Part shown: one piece after another, positions 1-8,612 of the stretch | How positions within the stretch are numbered: position 1 is the stretch's first letter | Layout: every line of letters starts with the position of its first letter | Assembly: GCA_040754415.1 (NCBI GenBank) | Contig: JBFMCU010000062.1 | Span: forward strand, 1 to 25,465 | Source: Planctomycetota bacterium | Lineage (GTDB): Bacteria; Planctomycetota; UBA1135; GCA-002686595 | Direction: 5' to 3' | Length of the DNA stretch: 25,465 nt | The notes under the pieces: model-generated | Seen by the model: only the letters and a program-made list of their open reading frames with translations | What the model was told of the DNA's origin: nothing | Databases searched by the model: none | Made by a program: the position numbers and the translations under genes

Positions 1-1
1 C

Positions 2-79
2 AAGGGTCACGCCGCCATCCCCAAGCTCCTCGTGGCCCTCGAAAACGTGTCCTTGAACGAATCCAAGGACGTGGCATGA
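2..79 (+). CDS. 3' end (last 25 codons) of a gene that starts upstream of the window (...KGHAAIPKLLVALENVSLNESKDVA*). Unidentified. Possibly the C-terminus of an IS transposase, given the terminal-IR-like repeat 14 nt downstream.
   Basis: Open frame from the window edge to TGA at 77-79, with G/C-biased third positions. The 34-bp IR follows immediately at 93-126. Confidence 0.3.
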   Translation, partial: KGHAAIPKLLVALENVSLNESKDVA

Positions 80-92
80 TCCCCCCGGCCCG

Positions 93-126
93 CCCGATCA
101 AATCTCACACGGGGACGGACATCCTC
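93..126. repeat. 34-bp inverted-repeat copy A (cccgatcaaatctcacacggggacggacatcctc). Its mate lies at 25343-25376.
   Basis: Direct comparison with the reverse complement of 25343-25376 gives 32/34 identical positions. The two differences are adjacent, at positions 18-19 of the repeat. Confidence 0.8.
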
Positions 127-305
127 ATCGTGATCTGGGAGCAGGGTTCATCGAGAGAGTTGTGATAGCCGGCAGTGATAACGGGCTTGCGGTCCCGGTT
201 GTTGCAGGCGGGGGAGACGGGGGTGCTCTGCCATCCTCGAGCAAGCGGTGAGGCGCCGAGGCTGACCAGAAGGAACAGAACGATCCTTGCGGCAATTTGA
301 ACCAT
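105..305 (-). CDS. Hypothetical small secreted peptide (66 aa from the internal Met: MVQIAARIVLFLLVSLGASPLA...). The longer 128-aa version in the ORF table is not supported.
   Basis: N-terminal hydrophobic signal-like segment. The 3' end overlaps the IR, and the ribosome-binding site is weak. This is a low-confidence call. Confidence 0.2.
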   Translation of the reverse strand: MVQIAARIVLFLLVSLGASPLARGWQSTPVSPACNNRDRKPVITAGYHNSLDEPCSQITMRMSVPV

Positions 306-577
306 TCGGTGTTTCTCTACGGGGGTGTCAGGTGGCTTGTAGGGCTCCGCACGCACGTGCAGCCGCGGCTTCCAATCCGGAGGTCCATGCTGCACCAATC
401 CGGAGTTCGTCACGAGCGTGGTCGGCGCCTGGCGGTTCGTCAACCCCGGCGGGGAGCGATCAGCGTTATTCGTCGTAAGCCCCCCCACCAACGAGTTACG
501 TCAGTCCCCCATGTGGAACGATCCTCGCTTCAGAGCGTTCCCGCGCGCTTCTCGTTCCCTTTTCCCGCGATCGGCTC

Positions 578-1549
578 CTACCCCGCCAGCCAGCGCGCCG
601 CCTGGCGGGCGTAGTAAGTGAGGATCAGGTCGGCGCCGGCGCGGCGGATGGCGAGGAGGCTCTCGAGGACGACGCGCGGCTCGTCGAGCCAGCCGTTCGC
701 GCAGGCCGCCTTCAGCATCGCGTACTCCCCGCTCACCTGGTAGGCGGCGACCGGCAGCACGGTCTCCTCGCGGACGAGGCGGATCACGTCGAGGTACGGG
801 CCGGCCGGCTTCACCATGAGGATGTCGGCGCCCTCCTCCTCGTCGAGCCAGACCTCGCGCAACGCCTCTCGCGCGTTCGCGGGGTCCATCTGGTAGGTCT
901 TCTTGTCGCCCGACTTCGGGGCGGAGTCGAGGGCATCGCGGAAGGGGCCGTAGAACGCCGAGGCGTACTTCGCGGTGTAGGCGAGGATCGAGACGTCCGT
1001 GAAGCCCGCGGCATCGAGCGCGTCGCGGATCGCGCCGACGCGGCCGTCCATCATGTCGCTCGGAGCGATCACGTCGGCGCCGGCCCGCGCCTGGCAGAGG
1101 GACTGCCGCACGAGGACCCCGATCGTCTCGTCGTTCAGGATGCGACCGTCGGGAGCCACGAGGCCGTCGTGCCCGTCCGAGGAGTAGGGATCGAGGGCCA
1201 CGTCGGTGTAGACCACGAGCTCCGGCCAGCGCTCCTTCAGGGCGCGGATCGAGCGCGGGACGAGCCCGCCGGGCGCGTGGCACTCCTCGGCCCCCGGCGT
1301 CTTCTTCGCGTCGGCGATCGCCGGGAAGAGGATCACGTGGCGGATGCCGTCGGAAAGGGCTCCCTCCACCTCCCGCAGGAGCCCGGCGGGCGAGAGGCGG
1401 GAGCATCCGGGCATGGACGCGACCGGCACCTCGCCGGGCCCCTCGTGGAGGAAGAGGGGGTAGACGAAGCGGGCGGAGGAGAGCGAGGTCTCGGAGGCGA
1501 CGGCCCGGAGAGCCGCGTTCTTGCGGTTGCGACGAGGGCGCTGGCGCAT
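578..1549 (-). CDS. hemB: Porphobilinogen synthase (delta-aminolevulinate dehydratase).
   Basis: Full-length 323-aa product with HemB hallmarks: FVYPLFLHEG, SMPG..R.S, the SDMMDGR region, and the KPAGPYLDVI / AYQVSGEY active-site region. Confidence 0.95.
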   Translation of the reverse strand: MRQRPRRNRKNAALRAVASETSLSSARFVYPLFLHEGPGEVPVASMPGCSRLSPAGLLREVEGALSDGIRHVILFPAIADAKKTPGAEECHAPGGLVPRSIRALKERWPELVVYTDVALDPYSSDGHDGLVAPDGRILNDETIGVLVRQSLCQARAGADVIAPSDMMDGRVGAIRDALDAAGFTDVSILAYTAKYASAFYGPFRDALDSAPKSGDKKTYQMDPANAREALREVWLDEEEGADILMVKPAGPYLDVIRLVREETVLPVAAYQVSGEYAMLKAACANGWLDEPRVVLESLLAIRRAGADLILTYYARQAARWLAG

Positions 1550-1570
1550 GGTGCTCTTCCGTTTCCCTTC

Positions 1571-3220
1571 CTAGGCCTCGCCGGCCGACTTGTCGGTAGC
1601 GCCGCGGGCCGCGCCGGCCTTCTTCTCGCCCTTCTCGCCCGCCTTGCCGCTCTCGCCGTCCGGCTTGCCGACGAGCTTCCCGAAGTAGTCGGGCATCTCG
1701 ACGCCGCCCACGTCCCGCATGATCTGGAGCATGGGGGGCAGCGCGGAGGCGAGGCCGCGCAGGAAGCCGGCGGTGGCGGTGCCGCCCTCGCCGTTCGCCT
1801 GGCCGCCGTCCCACACGATCACCTTGTCGAACTTGACGTTGGCGATCGCCTGGGCCGCGGTCTCCGAGAGGTGGTCCAGGTGCTCGAGCATGAGCATCTG
1901 GAAGGCCTCCTGGGCGCCGCCACAGCTTGCGACGATCTGCTTCAGGCCCTCGCCCTTCTTGGCGAGGATCTCGTACTGGCCGCGGGCCTCCGCCTCCAGC
2001 TTGGCGAAGATCGCGGCGGCCTGCCCTTCGGCGGCGATCCGCACGCGGGCGGCTTCGGCCTCGGCATCGACGATCGTCTTCGCCTTCTCCGCCTTCGACA
2101 CCGCCTCGAGCCGGGCGCGGGTCTCCGCCTCGACCTTGGCGGCCTCGGCCTGGGCGGCGATCGTCTGGGCCTTGTACTGGGCCGCGAGGACGCCGGCCTC
2201 CGCCTCCCGAGCGCGGGTCTCGGCGCGCTGGTAGGCCTCGGCCTCCTTCACCTTGAGATCGGCATTCACCAGGGCGATCTGCGCCTTGGCCTCGTTCTCG
2301 CCGGTAACCGCCTTGGCGTTGGCGCCGGCCACGCGGATCCGCATCTCCCTCTCCTGATCGCGGATCAGCGCCTCCTGCTCGAACTGGGCGGTCTGCTCGC
2401 CGACCGCGCGCGCCTTCTCGAGCTCGGCCACGCGGACGGCCCGCTCGCGCTCGGCATCCTTCGTGCCGATGTCGCGCTCCTTCTCCGCATTGGCGACCAG
2501 GACGAGCCGCTCGCGGTCGGCGTCGGCGACGCCGACGGCTCCCTTCTTGACCTGCTGGGCGACGTCGATCTCCGCCTGGTTGATGGCGGTGGAGGCCGCC
2601 TTGCGGCCGATGGCCTCGATGTAGCCGGACTCGTCGGTGATGTCCTTGATGTTCACGTTGATCAGCACGAGGCCGATCTTCTTCAGCTCGGGCTCGAGCG
2701 AGCTCTGCACCTTGCTCAGGAACACGTCGCGGTCGCGGTTGATCTCCTGGATGGCCATCGAGGCGATCACCTGGCGGAGCTGGCCGAAGATGATGTCCTC
2801 GGCCTGCTTGATGATCCCGGCGGTGGCGAGACCGAGGAGACGGATCGCGGCGTTGTTCATCGCGTCCCGGTCCGTGCCGATGGCCACCGTGAAGACCGAC
2901 GGCACGTTGACCCGGATGTTCTCGATCGAGAGCGCCCCCTGGAGCGGGATCTCGATCTGCATCGGGTCCAGGGACAGGTACTCGAAGTCCTGGATCAGCG
3001 GCATGACGAAGGCGCCGCCGCCGTGGAGGGTCTTCGATACCTGGCCGGCCTTCGTCTTGCCGTAGATCACGAGGATCCGGTTCGAGGGGCAGCGCTTGTA
3101 CCGCCGCGCGAAGGCGACGATCAGGGCGAAGAGGACGAGGACGAGGGCGACGGGGATGAGGACGACGGCCAGCGAGCTGGTATCGACCTGCGCCAGGACG
3201 CCAGGAGCCAGGTACTTCAT
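1571..3220 (-). CDS. Flotillin-like SPFH / band-7 protein (YqiK/FloA-type), starting at the internal Met MKYLAPG. It has an N-terminal transmembrane segment, an SPFH domain, and a long Ala/Glu/Lys-rich coiled-coil with EA repeats.
   Basis: N-terminal membrane anchor (VVLIPVALVLVLFALIVAF), an SPFH core, and an extended AEA/EAE-repeat region typical of bacterial flotillins. The 118-codon extension upstream of MKYL is Arg/Gly-rich and non-protein-like. The start ATG overlaps the stop of the upstream nfeD-like gene as ATGA. Confidence 0.88.
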   Translation of the reverse strand: MKYLAPGVLAQVDTSSLAVVLIPVALVLVLFALIVAFARRYKRCPSNRILVIYGKTKAGQVSKTLHGGGAFVMPLIQDFEYLSLDPMQIEIPLQGALSIENIRVNVPSVFTVAIGTDRDAMNNAAIRLLGLATAGIIKQAEDIIFGQLRQVIASMAIQEINRDRDVFLSKVQSSLEPELKKIGLVLINVNIKDITDESGYIEAIGRKAASTAINQAEIDVAQQVKKGAVGVADADRERLVLVANAEKERDIGTKDAERERAVRVAELEKARAVGEQTAQFEQEALIRDQEREMRIRVAGANAKAVTGENEAKAQIALVNADLKVKEAEAYQRAETRAREAEAGVLAAQYKAQTIAAQAEAAKVEAETRARLEAVSKAEKAKTIVDAEAEAARVRIAAEGQAAAIFAKLEAEARGQYEILAKKGEGLKQIVASCGGAQEAFQMLMLEHLDHLSETAAQAIANVKFDKVIVWDGGQANGEGGTATAGFLRGLASALPPMLQIMRDVGGVEMPDYFGKLVGKPDGESGKAGEKGEKKAGAARGATDKSAGEA

Positions 3221-3837
3221 GTGCGTTTCTCGGAATCGAGAGGACCGACCTCGAATGTGTTCTCCGTCGTCATCCGCAGGATGCGACACGCGCTCCCGGT
3301 CGGGAGCTCCTCCCCGGTGGTGATGGCCTCGAACTCCATGCTCCGCCCCTGGATCGACACGGTGATCTTGCCCTTGCCGGCGCAGTGGGCGGGGACCTTC
3401 AAGTAGACGGTGGCCGTGCCGCCGACCGCGTTCACGGGCTCCACGGTTCCGCTGGAGGTCATGCGGCGAAAGTAGCGCATGATGGCGGCCACGAGCACCA
3501 TGACGAAGGCCCCGGCGAGGAAGGCGAGGCCCACGTGGGCGACCGTCGGCAGGCCGGCCTCGTCGGCCGCCCACCCGACGAGCCCGAAGAAGGTCAAGAA
3601 GCCGGCCAGGGCCCGCACGGAGAGGAAGTTCAGGTCGTCCCCCCCCTCCACGTCGTCCACGTCCACGTCGGGGTCGACGTCGGTGTCGGCGTCGCCGAGC
3701 CCGAAGAGATTCAGGCCCGTCTGGCCGATCAGGACCGTGCCGCCGGCGATGGCGCAGGCGATGTAGACCTTGACCATTCCCCAGTGGACGAGGTTCTCCT
3801 TCGCCCAGTCGACGATGGTGTCCCAGACGCCTTTCAT
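3217..3837 (-). CDS. NfeD-like membrane protein, short form of the YuaF/YqiJ type, with a C-terminal OB-fold. It is the partner of the flotillin gene.
   Basis: 206-aa product with two to three transmembrane helices, an acidic linker (DADTDVDPDVDVDD), and a C-terminal beta-rich region. The 4-nt ATGA overlap with the flotillin start indicates translational coupling. nfeD followed by flotillin is a conserved operon arrangement. Confidence 0.78.
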   Translation of the reverse strand: MKGVWDTIVDWAKENLVHWGMVKVYIACAIAGGTVLIGQTGLNLFGLGDADTDVDPDVDVDDVEGGDDLNFLSVRALAGFLTFFGLVGWAADEAGLPTVAHVGLAFLAGAFVMVLVAAIMRYFRRMTSSGTVEPVNAVGGTATVYLKVPAHCAGKGKITVSIQGRSMEFEAITTGEELPTGSACRILRMTTENTFEVGPLDSEKRT

Positions 3838-3974
3838 CCCGTTCTCCCGAGGCGCTCGACCTCGCCTCTCGTCGCGCGGAGCCGTCGAGGGGGGGCGACC
3901 GGGGAACCGGCCGCCTACGCCCGGTTAGCGTAAGGATTCACCCGGCGAGGAAAAAGAGCGGAGAGGCGGCCCCC

Positions 3975-3980
3975 TATACT
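3975..3980 (+). promoter_or_regulatory. Candidate -10 box (TATACT) for dedA, in the divergent intergenic region between the nfeD and dedA genes.
   Basis: Near-consensus TATACT lies 25 nt upstream of the dedA ATG, with no Shine-Dalgarno in between. The -35 element is not evident. Confidence 0.3.
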
Positions 3981-4004
3981 GGGCCGCTCGCCCGGTCCCG
4001 CCCC

Positions 4005-4709
4005 ATGGCCCTCCTCGCCGAAAGTGGCTTTCTGAACGAGATCTTCGGGGAGTTCAGCTACCTCGCCCCCTTCGTGGTGCTGCTCCTCTGCGGGCTCGGC
4101 CTGCCCCTACCCGAGGAGGTGTCGTTGATCGGCTCCGGCCTGCTCCTGCACCGGGGCGAGGTGAGGTTCGTGCCCATCACGCTGGTCTGCGCCGCGGCCA
4201 TTCTGATCGGGGACTCGATCCCCTTCTGGCTCGGCCGCCGCTACGGCATGAGCGCGCTCAAGATCCGCTGGGTGGCGCGGATCCTCCACCCGGAGCGGTT
4301 CGCGCGCCTGCGGATCCGCTTCGAGGAGCACGGCGTCTGGGCGACGTTCGCATGCCGGTTCCTCGCCGGATTCCGCACCCCCGGCTACTTCATCGCCGGA
4401 ACGATGGGGATGCGCTACCCGCGCTTCCTCCTCATCGACCTCGCCGGGGTGGTCCTCTCGGTGCCGGTGTCGATCTACCTCGGGAAGATCTTCGGAGGAT
4501 CGGTGGATCGGCTGACCGAGACGGTGCACGACATCCACTTGATCCTCGCCTTCCTGACCCTGTCCCTCGTCCTGATCCTCGTCCTGAGCCGCCGCCGGCG
4601 GCCCCGCGAGATCCGCCCGGCCGTCCAACTCCGAGTGCCGGACCCGGAGAATGTCGAGGCGCCCCGGCCCGAGCCGCAGGGGGCGGAAGCGGGACCCCGC
4701 GAAGGTTGA
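4005..4709 (+). CDS. dedA: DedA/TVP38 family inner-membrane protein.
   Basis: 234-aa multi-pass membrane protein with the DedA signature region (G.GLPLPEE...L..G) and the F/Y-rich re-entrant loop motif (FLAGFRTPGYFIAGTMGM). Confidence 0.85.
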   Translation: MALLAESGFLNEIFGEFSYLAPFVVLLLCGLGLPLPEEVSLIGSGLLLHRGEVRFVPITLVCAAAILIGDSIPFWLGRRYGMSALKIRWVARILHPERFARLRIRFEEHGVWATFACRFLAGFRTPGYFIAGTMGMRYPRFLLIDLAGVVLSVPVSIYLGKIFGGSVDRLTETVHDIHLILAFLTLSLVLILVLSRRRRPREIRPAVQLRVPDPENVEAPRPEPQGAEAGPREG

Positions 4710-4931
4710 CCCGCGGGGGGTCGAGAGTAGACTCTTCGCCCTCCATCGCTGGACGCCGTCGGGATGAGAAACCTCGGAGGGGTCCTCCCGGGGGCCAGTG
4801 CGCGCCGGCGATCTCCCTGCGATCTCGTCCGCCATCCCTGGACTCTTCCCTCGGCTCGGACCGCACCCGCCGCGAGTGGCGCCGGATTCGCCGTCCCCGG
4901 GCCGATCTCCTCGAGGAGGAGCGACAGTCAC

Positions 4932-7175
4932 ATGCAGAGCACCGGTCAACTCATCCTGCTCGTCATTGGCCTCAGCGTCTTCGGCCTAGCCTTCGCGGCC
5001 TTCCTCGCCCGGTGGGTCCTGAGCCACACCACCGGCAGCGAGGCGATGCAGAGGATCTCGAATGCCATCAAGGAAGGCGCCGAGGCCTTCCTGCGCCGCC
5101 AGAACCGCACCATCCTCATGCTCGCGGTCCTGTTCGCGGCCGTCCTCTTCGTCGGCTACGGCTTCGTCCGCAGCCACCGCGACTTCGACCCGGTCGGCAG
5201 CTCGCTGGCCCTGGCGTCGTGGATCACGCTGTCATTCGTGCTCGGAGCGCTGTGCTCGGTGTTCGCCGGCTACGTCGGGATGTGGGTGTCGATCCGCGCG
5301 AACATCCGCACCGCCCACGCGGCCTTGTCCAGCTTGAACGATGCCCTGCGCATCGCCCTGCGCGGCGGCGCGGTCTCGGGCCTGCTGGTGGTCGCGATGA
5401 GCCTGCTCGGCGTCGCCGGACTCTATGCCCTGGTGAACGCGGTGGGCGACGTCGAACCCACCAAGATTCCGCTCTTGATCGTGGGCTACGGCTTCGGAGC
5501 CTCGTTCGTGGCCCTCTTCGCCCAGCTCGGCGGCGGCATCTACACGAAAGCGGCCGACGTCGGTGCCGATCTGGTCGGGAAGGTCGAGGCGGGCATTCCC
5601 GAGGACGATCCCCGCAACCCGGCGGTGATCGCCGACCTGGTCGGGGACAACGTCGGCGACTGCGCGGGCCGTGGCGCCGACCTCTTCGAATCCACGGCGG
5701 CCGAGAACATCGGCGCCATGATCCTCGGCGCGTCGCTGGCGGCGGCCGCCGAGAAGGCCGGGATGGCGTTCTCGGCCGGGATCGTGGGCGTGATGATGTT
5801 CCCGCTCGTCGCACGGGCCTTCGGGATCGCCGCCTCCATCATCGGGATCATGATGGTCAAGATGGACAAGGAGGAGCGGATGGACCCGATGCAGGCCCTC
5901 AACCGCGGCTACTACTACGCGGTCGTGCTGGCCATGGCGGCGTTCGGCGGCGCCACGTACTGGCTGCTGAACTCGCCCGCCGCGCCCAACGCGTGGTGGC
6001 ACTTCTTCCTGTGCGGGATTCTCGGCGTCTTGACCTCGGTCGCCTTCGTCTACATCACCCAGTACTACACCGAGTACCGCTTCCGGCCGGTGAAGTCGAT
6101 CGCCGAGGCCTCGAAGACCGGCCCGGCGACGAACATCATCGCTGGCCTCGGCGTCGGCTTCGAGTGCACCTGGATGCCGATTCTCGTCATGGGCGCCGCC
6201 CTGCTCGGCTCCTACTACCTGGGCGCGACGAGCGGCCTGCCCCACGCCGGCCTGTTCGGGACCGCCGTGGCGACCATGGGCATGCTCGCTACCGCGGCCT
6301 ACATCCTGGCCATGGACACCTTCGGCCCGATCACCGACAACGCCGGCGGCATCGTCGAGATGTCCGAGCAGCCGGAGGCGGTGCGCAAGAAGACCGACCG
6401 TCTGGACGCCGTCGGCAACACCACCAAGGCCCTCACCAAGGGGTATGCCATCGGCTCGGCCGGCCTCGCCGCCTTCCTGCTCTTCCAGGCGTACATGGAC
6501 GAGGTCGTCCAGTACGCGGGCCTCGGCCACGACTACTCCTTCAAGGTCGACCTCAGCAAGCCGGTGGTGTTCGTCGGCGCGATGCTCGGCGCCATGCTGG
6601 TCTTCCTGTTCTCGGCGATGGCCATCCGCGCCGTCGGCTCGGCGGCTCAGTCGATCATCCAGGAGGTCCGCCGGCAGTACGCCAAGCTCCCGCGGGTGAA
6701 CGACATCATCCAGTTCCCGAAGGACTTCAAGCCGGACTACGGGTCCTGCGTGGACATCGTCACCAAGGCTGCGCTCCGCAAGATGGTCGTTCCCGGCCTG
6801 CTCGTCGTGCTGATGCCGATCAGCGTCGGCCTCCTGTTCCGGATCTTCATCACGGAGGAGGACCGGCTCATCTCGGCCGAGGCGGTGGCGGCCTTGCTGA
6901 TGGTCGGCACGATCGTGGGGATCATCACCGCCCTGCTCCTCAACAACGGCGGTGGGGCCTGGGACAACGCCAAGAAGTACATCGAATCCGGCGCCCACGG
7001 CGGCAAGTACCTGACCGGCAAGGACGGCAGCCGGACGAAGAACCCGACGCACGGGGCCGCCGTCGTCGGCGACACGGTGGGCGACCCCTGCAAGGACACC
7101 GCGGGACCGTCCCTGCACGTCCTGATCAAGCTCCTGTCCACGATCACCCTGGTCCTGGCGCCGCTGTTCCTCTAG
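4932..7175 (+). CDS. hppA: Membrane-bound proton/sodium-translocating inorganic pyrophosphatase (V-type H+-PPase), starting at the internal Met MQSTGQL. A GGAGGA ribosome-binding site lies 13 nt upstream.
   Basis: 747-aa polytopic protein carrying the H+-PPase signatures GDNVGDCAGRGADLFES, GGAWDNAKK and DTVGDPCKDTAGPSL. The 56-codon extension in the ORF table precedes a good ribosome-binding site and ATG. Confidence 0.95.
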   Translation: MQSTGQLILLVIGLSVFGLAFAAFLARWVLSHTTGSEAMQRISNAIKEGAEAFLRRQNRTILMLAVLFAAVLFVGYGFVRSHRDFDPVGSSLALASWITLSFVLGALCSVFAGYVGMWVSIRANIRTAHAALSSLNDALRIALRGGAVSGLLVVAMSLLGVAGLYALVNAVGDVEPTKIPLLIVGYGFGASFVALFAQLGGGIYTKAADVGADLVGKVEAGIPEDDPRNPAVIADLVGDNVGDCAGRGADLFESTAAENIGAMILGASLAAAAEKAGMAFSAGIVGVMMFPLVARAFGIAASIIGIMMVKMDKEERMDPMQALNRGYYYAVVLAMAAFGGATYWLLNSPAAPNAWWHFFLCGILGVLTSVAFVYITQYYTEYRFRPVKSIAEASKTGPATNIIAGLGVGFECTWMPILVMGAALLGSYYLGATSGLPHAGLFGTAVATMGMLATAAYILAMDTFGPITDNAGGIVEMSEQPEAVRKKTDRLDAVGNTTKALTKGYAIGSAGLAAFLLFQAYMDEVVQYAGLGHDYSFKVDLSKPVVFVGAMLGAMLVFLFSAMAIRAVGSAAQSIIQEVRRQYAKLPRVNDIIQFPKDFKPDYGSCVDIVTKAALRKMVVPGLLVVLMPISVGLLFRIFITEEDRLISAEAVAALLMVGTIVGIITALLLNNGGGAWDNAKKYIESGAHGGKYLTGKDGSRTKNPTHGAAVVGDTVGDPCKDTAGPSLHVLIKLLSTITLVLAPLFL

Positions 7176-7220
7176 ATGGCATGGGGGCGCCGCAAGGCGC
7201 CGCCCCATGCCATCTAGAGG
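7171..7220. terminator. 50-bp near-perfect palindrome (a 17-bp outer stem, a 5-bp inner stem, and a GCAA tetraloop) overlapping the hppA stop codon. Strong RNA/DNA hairpin with no U-tract.
   Basis: ctctagatggcatgggggcgcc gcaa ggcgccgccccatgccatctagag: positions 1-17 pair with 34-50, and 18-22 pair with 27-31 around a GNRA-type loop. TCTAGA is present at both ends. Confidence 0.5.
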
Positions 7221-7270
7221 CCGAAGAGAGCGCCAACGGCGCCGCTCCTCGGCCGGTCCGACACGGGAAA

Positions 7271-7312
7271 CGGCGCGCGGCGGGTCCTGGCCCGCCCCGC
7301 GCCGTCTTTCCA
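7271..7312 (+). terminator. GC-rich hairpin followed by TCTTTCC. Candidate intrinsic terminator between hppA and rsfS.
   Basis: cggcgcgcggcggg tcctggc ccgccccgcgccg forms a 12-13-bp stem with one bulge, followed by tctttcc. Confidence 0.4.
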
Positions 7313-7381
7313 CCTTCGCAAACCGCGCCGGAGCGGATAGGATCGAGCCCGCGCCGCACGATCCTCCCCCTCGACCCCGGA

Positions 7382-7786
7382 GACCCAGCCATCGATTCGA
7401 AGATCCTCGCCGCCGCCGCCGCCCGACTGGCCGACGAGAAGAAGGCGGAGGACATCCTGATCGTCGACGTGAGCGAGCGGCTCAAGGTGGCGGACTACTT
7501 CGTCATCGTCACCGGGCAGAGCCGCACGCACGTCCGGGCCCTGGTCGACGAGCTCCACGTGCGCATGAAGGCCGCCGGCGAGCGGCATCTCCCCGTGGAG
7601 GGCGCCGCGCTCGGCTGGTGGGTCGTCCTCGACTACGGCGACGTCGTGATCCACGTGATGCAACCGGAGGCGCGGGAGTTCTACGACCTCGACCGGCTGT
7701 ACGGCGATTGCCCGCACCTCGAGGACTGGGCGAGCCTCGCCCCGGCGCTCCCCATGGCCCGGGAGCTCGCCCCGCCGGCCGGGTAG
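7382..7786 (+). CDS. rsfS: Ribosomal silencing factor RsfS (Iojap family). The start codon is uncertain: there is no in-frame ATG, GTG or TTG near the expected N-terminus, and an ATC within an ATCGAT (ClaI) site sits where the start is expected.
   Basis: The C-terminal ~125 aa align in pattern with RsfS: DILIVDV..., YFVIVTGQSRTHVRALVDEL, GWWVVLDYGDVVIHVMQPEAREFYDLDRLYGD. The nearest upstream in-frame ATG lies inside the 50-bp palindrome and would add ~70 non-homologous residues. Confidence 0.7.
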   Translation, partial: DPAIDSKILAAAAARLADEKKAEDILIVDVSERLKVADYFVIVTGQSRTHVRALVDELHVRMKAAGERHLPVEGAALGWWVVLDYGDVVIHVMQPEAREFYDLDRLYGDCPHLEDWASLAPALPMARELAPPAG

Positions 7787-7798
7787 CGCGAACGGGCG

Positions 7799-8482
7799 TC
7801 AGCCGAAGAGCGGCAGGAGCGTATTCGCGACGCGCGTGTAGAGCTCGCCGGTCGCCCGGACGTCCCGGAGGCAGTATTCCCCGATCTCCTCGATCCGCCC
7901 CTCGCGGTAGGCCCGCGCCACCTGGCTGCCGTCGATCGAGCCCTTCGGGCTCTCGACGTCGAAGCGCCGGCACCAGTAGTCGAGCGAGTAGCGCTCGCGC
8001 CAGGACCCGAGGAACGAGAAGACCTCCATCAGGTCGGTGTGCTCCGCCATCTTGTAGCGGTTCGCGGTCAGGTTGCGCGTCGGCGCGAGGGCGTGCTGGG
8101 CGGAGCGGATCATGAGGATCGGCGCGTCGTACCCGCGGCCGTTGAAGGAGACGAGGCGGGGCTTCTTGCGGTCGACGATCTGCCAGAACCGCTCGAGGAG
8201 CTCGCGCTCCTCCCCCCGGAACACGTCGGAGTGGGGGACGCGCTCCCACTCGTGCTGCTCGGCGCGCTCCCCTTCCAGGAGCACCAGCCCGCGCTGCATG
8301 TCGATGTTCCAGAGCCCGATGGCGATCACCTTGCCGAGGCCGGGGTAGAGGGCCATGCGCTCCGGCACGGCCTCCCGCTCCTTGTCGTCGCGCGCGCGGG
8401 TGAGGAGGTAGCCGCGGGTGATCTCGTCCACCTCCTCCCAGGGGAAGCCCGCGACCTCGATGTCGAAGGCGATCGTGCTCAT
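7799..8482 (-). CDS. Predicted 3'-5' exonuclease of the PolB-exonuclease-like (DEDDy) family. It starts at the internal Met MSTIAFDIE.
   Basis: Exo I (FDIE), Exo II (SFNGRGYDAP) and Exo III (YCLRDV) motifs are present in the correct order and spacing. The upstream 33 codons in the ORF table are Arg/Gly-rich filler. Confidence 0.75.
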   Translation of the reverse strand: MSTIAFDIEVAGFPWEEVDEITRGYLLTRARDDKEREAVPERMALYPGLGKVIAIGLWNIDMQRGLVLLEGERAEQHEWERVPHSDVFRGEERELLERFWQIVDRKKPRLVSFNGRGYDAPILMIRSAQHALAPTRNLTANRYKMAEHTDLMEVFSFLGSWRERYSLDYWCRRFDVESPKGSIDGSQVARAYREGRIEEIGEYCLRDVRATGELYTRVANTLLPLFG

Positions 8483-8612
8483 GCGGGCAGGCGCTCCTTG
8501 CCGCCGGCGGGTTCGCGGGGCTCCGGGCGCGGCGCCGCCCCGCCGGCCATCGAGCCGGCGCGGGGGGCCGAGCGGCCCCATGATACCCGCGCCGGCGGCT
8601 CCGCTTCGCGCC

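Noticed and set aside
105-491. 128-aa version of the small ORF downstream of hemB.
   Set aside because: The N-terminal 62 residues are Pro/Thr/Gly-rich with no ribosome-binding site. Only the shorter 66-aa version, with a signal-like start, is even weakly plausible.
1169-3406. Long antisense or out-of-frame ORFs, including 1169..3406+, 5232..7313-, 8479..10785-, 8847..10862+, 12146..13687+, 13116..14888+, 13276..14958-, 14832..16772-, 15008..17311+, 17152..18714-, 17172..19304+ and 22600..24780-.
   Set aside because: Their translations are dominated by Arg, Gly, Ala and Pro, with no motifs. Each overlaps a well-supported gene on the other strand or in another frame. One of them runs across the tRNA. 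They are typical GC-rich shadow ORFs.
4352-7786. 1144-aa ORF that would fuse hppA-antisense sequence with RsfS. A related idea extends RsfS back to the ATG inside the 50-bp palindrome.
   Set aside because: Outside the last ~130 codons the frame is Arg/Pro/Gly low-complexity, overlaps hppA in another frame, and runs through two stable hairpins. It exists only because high GC suppresses stop codons.
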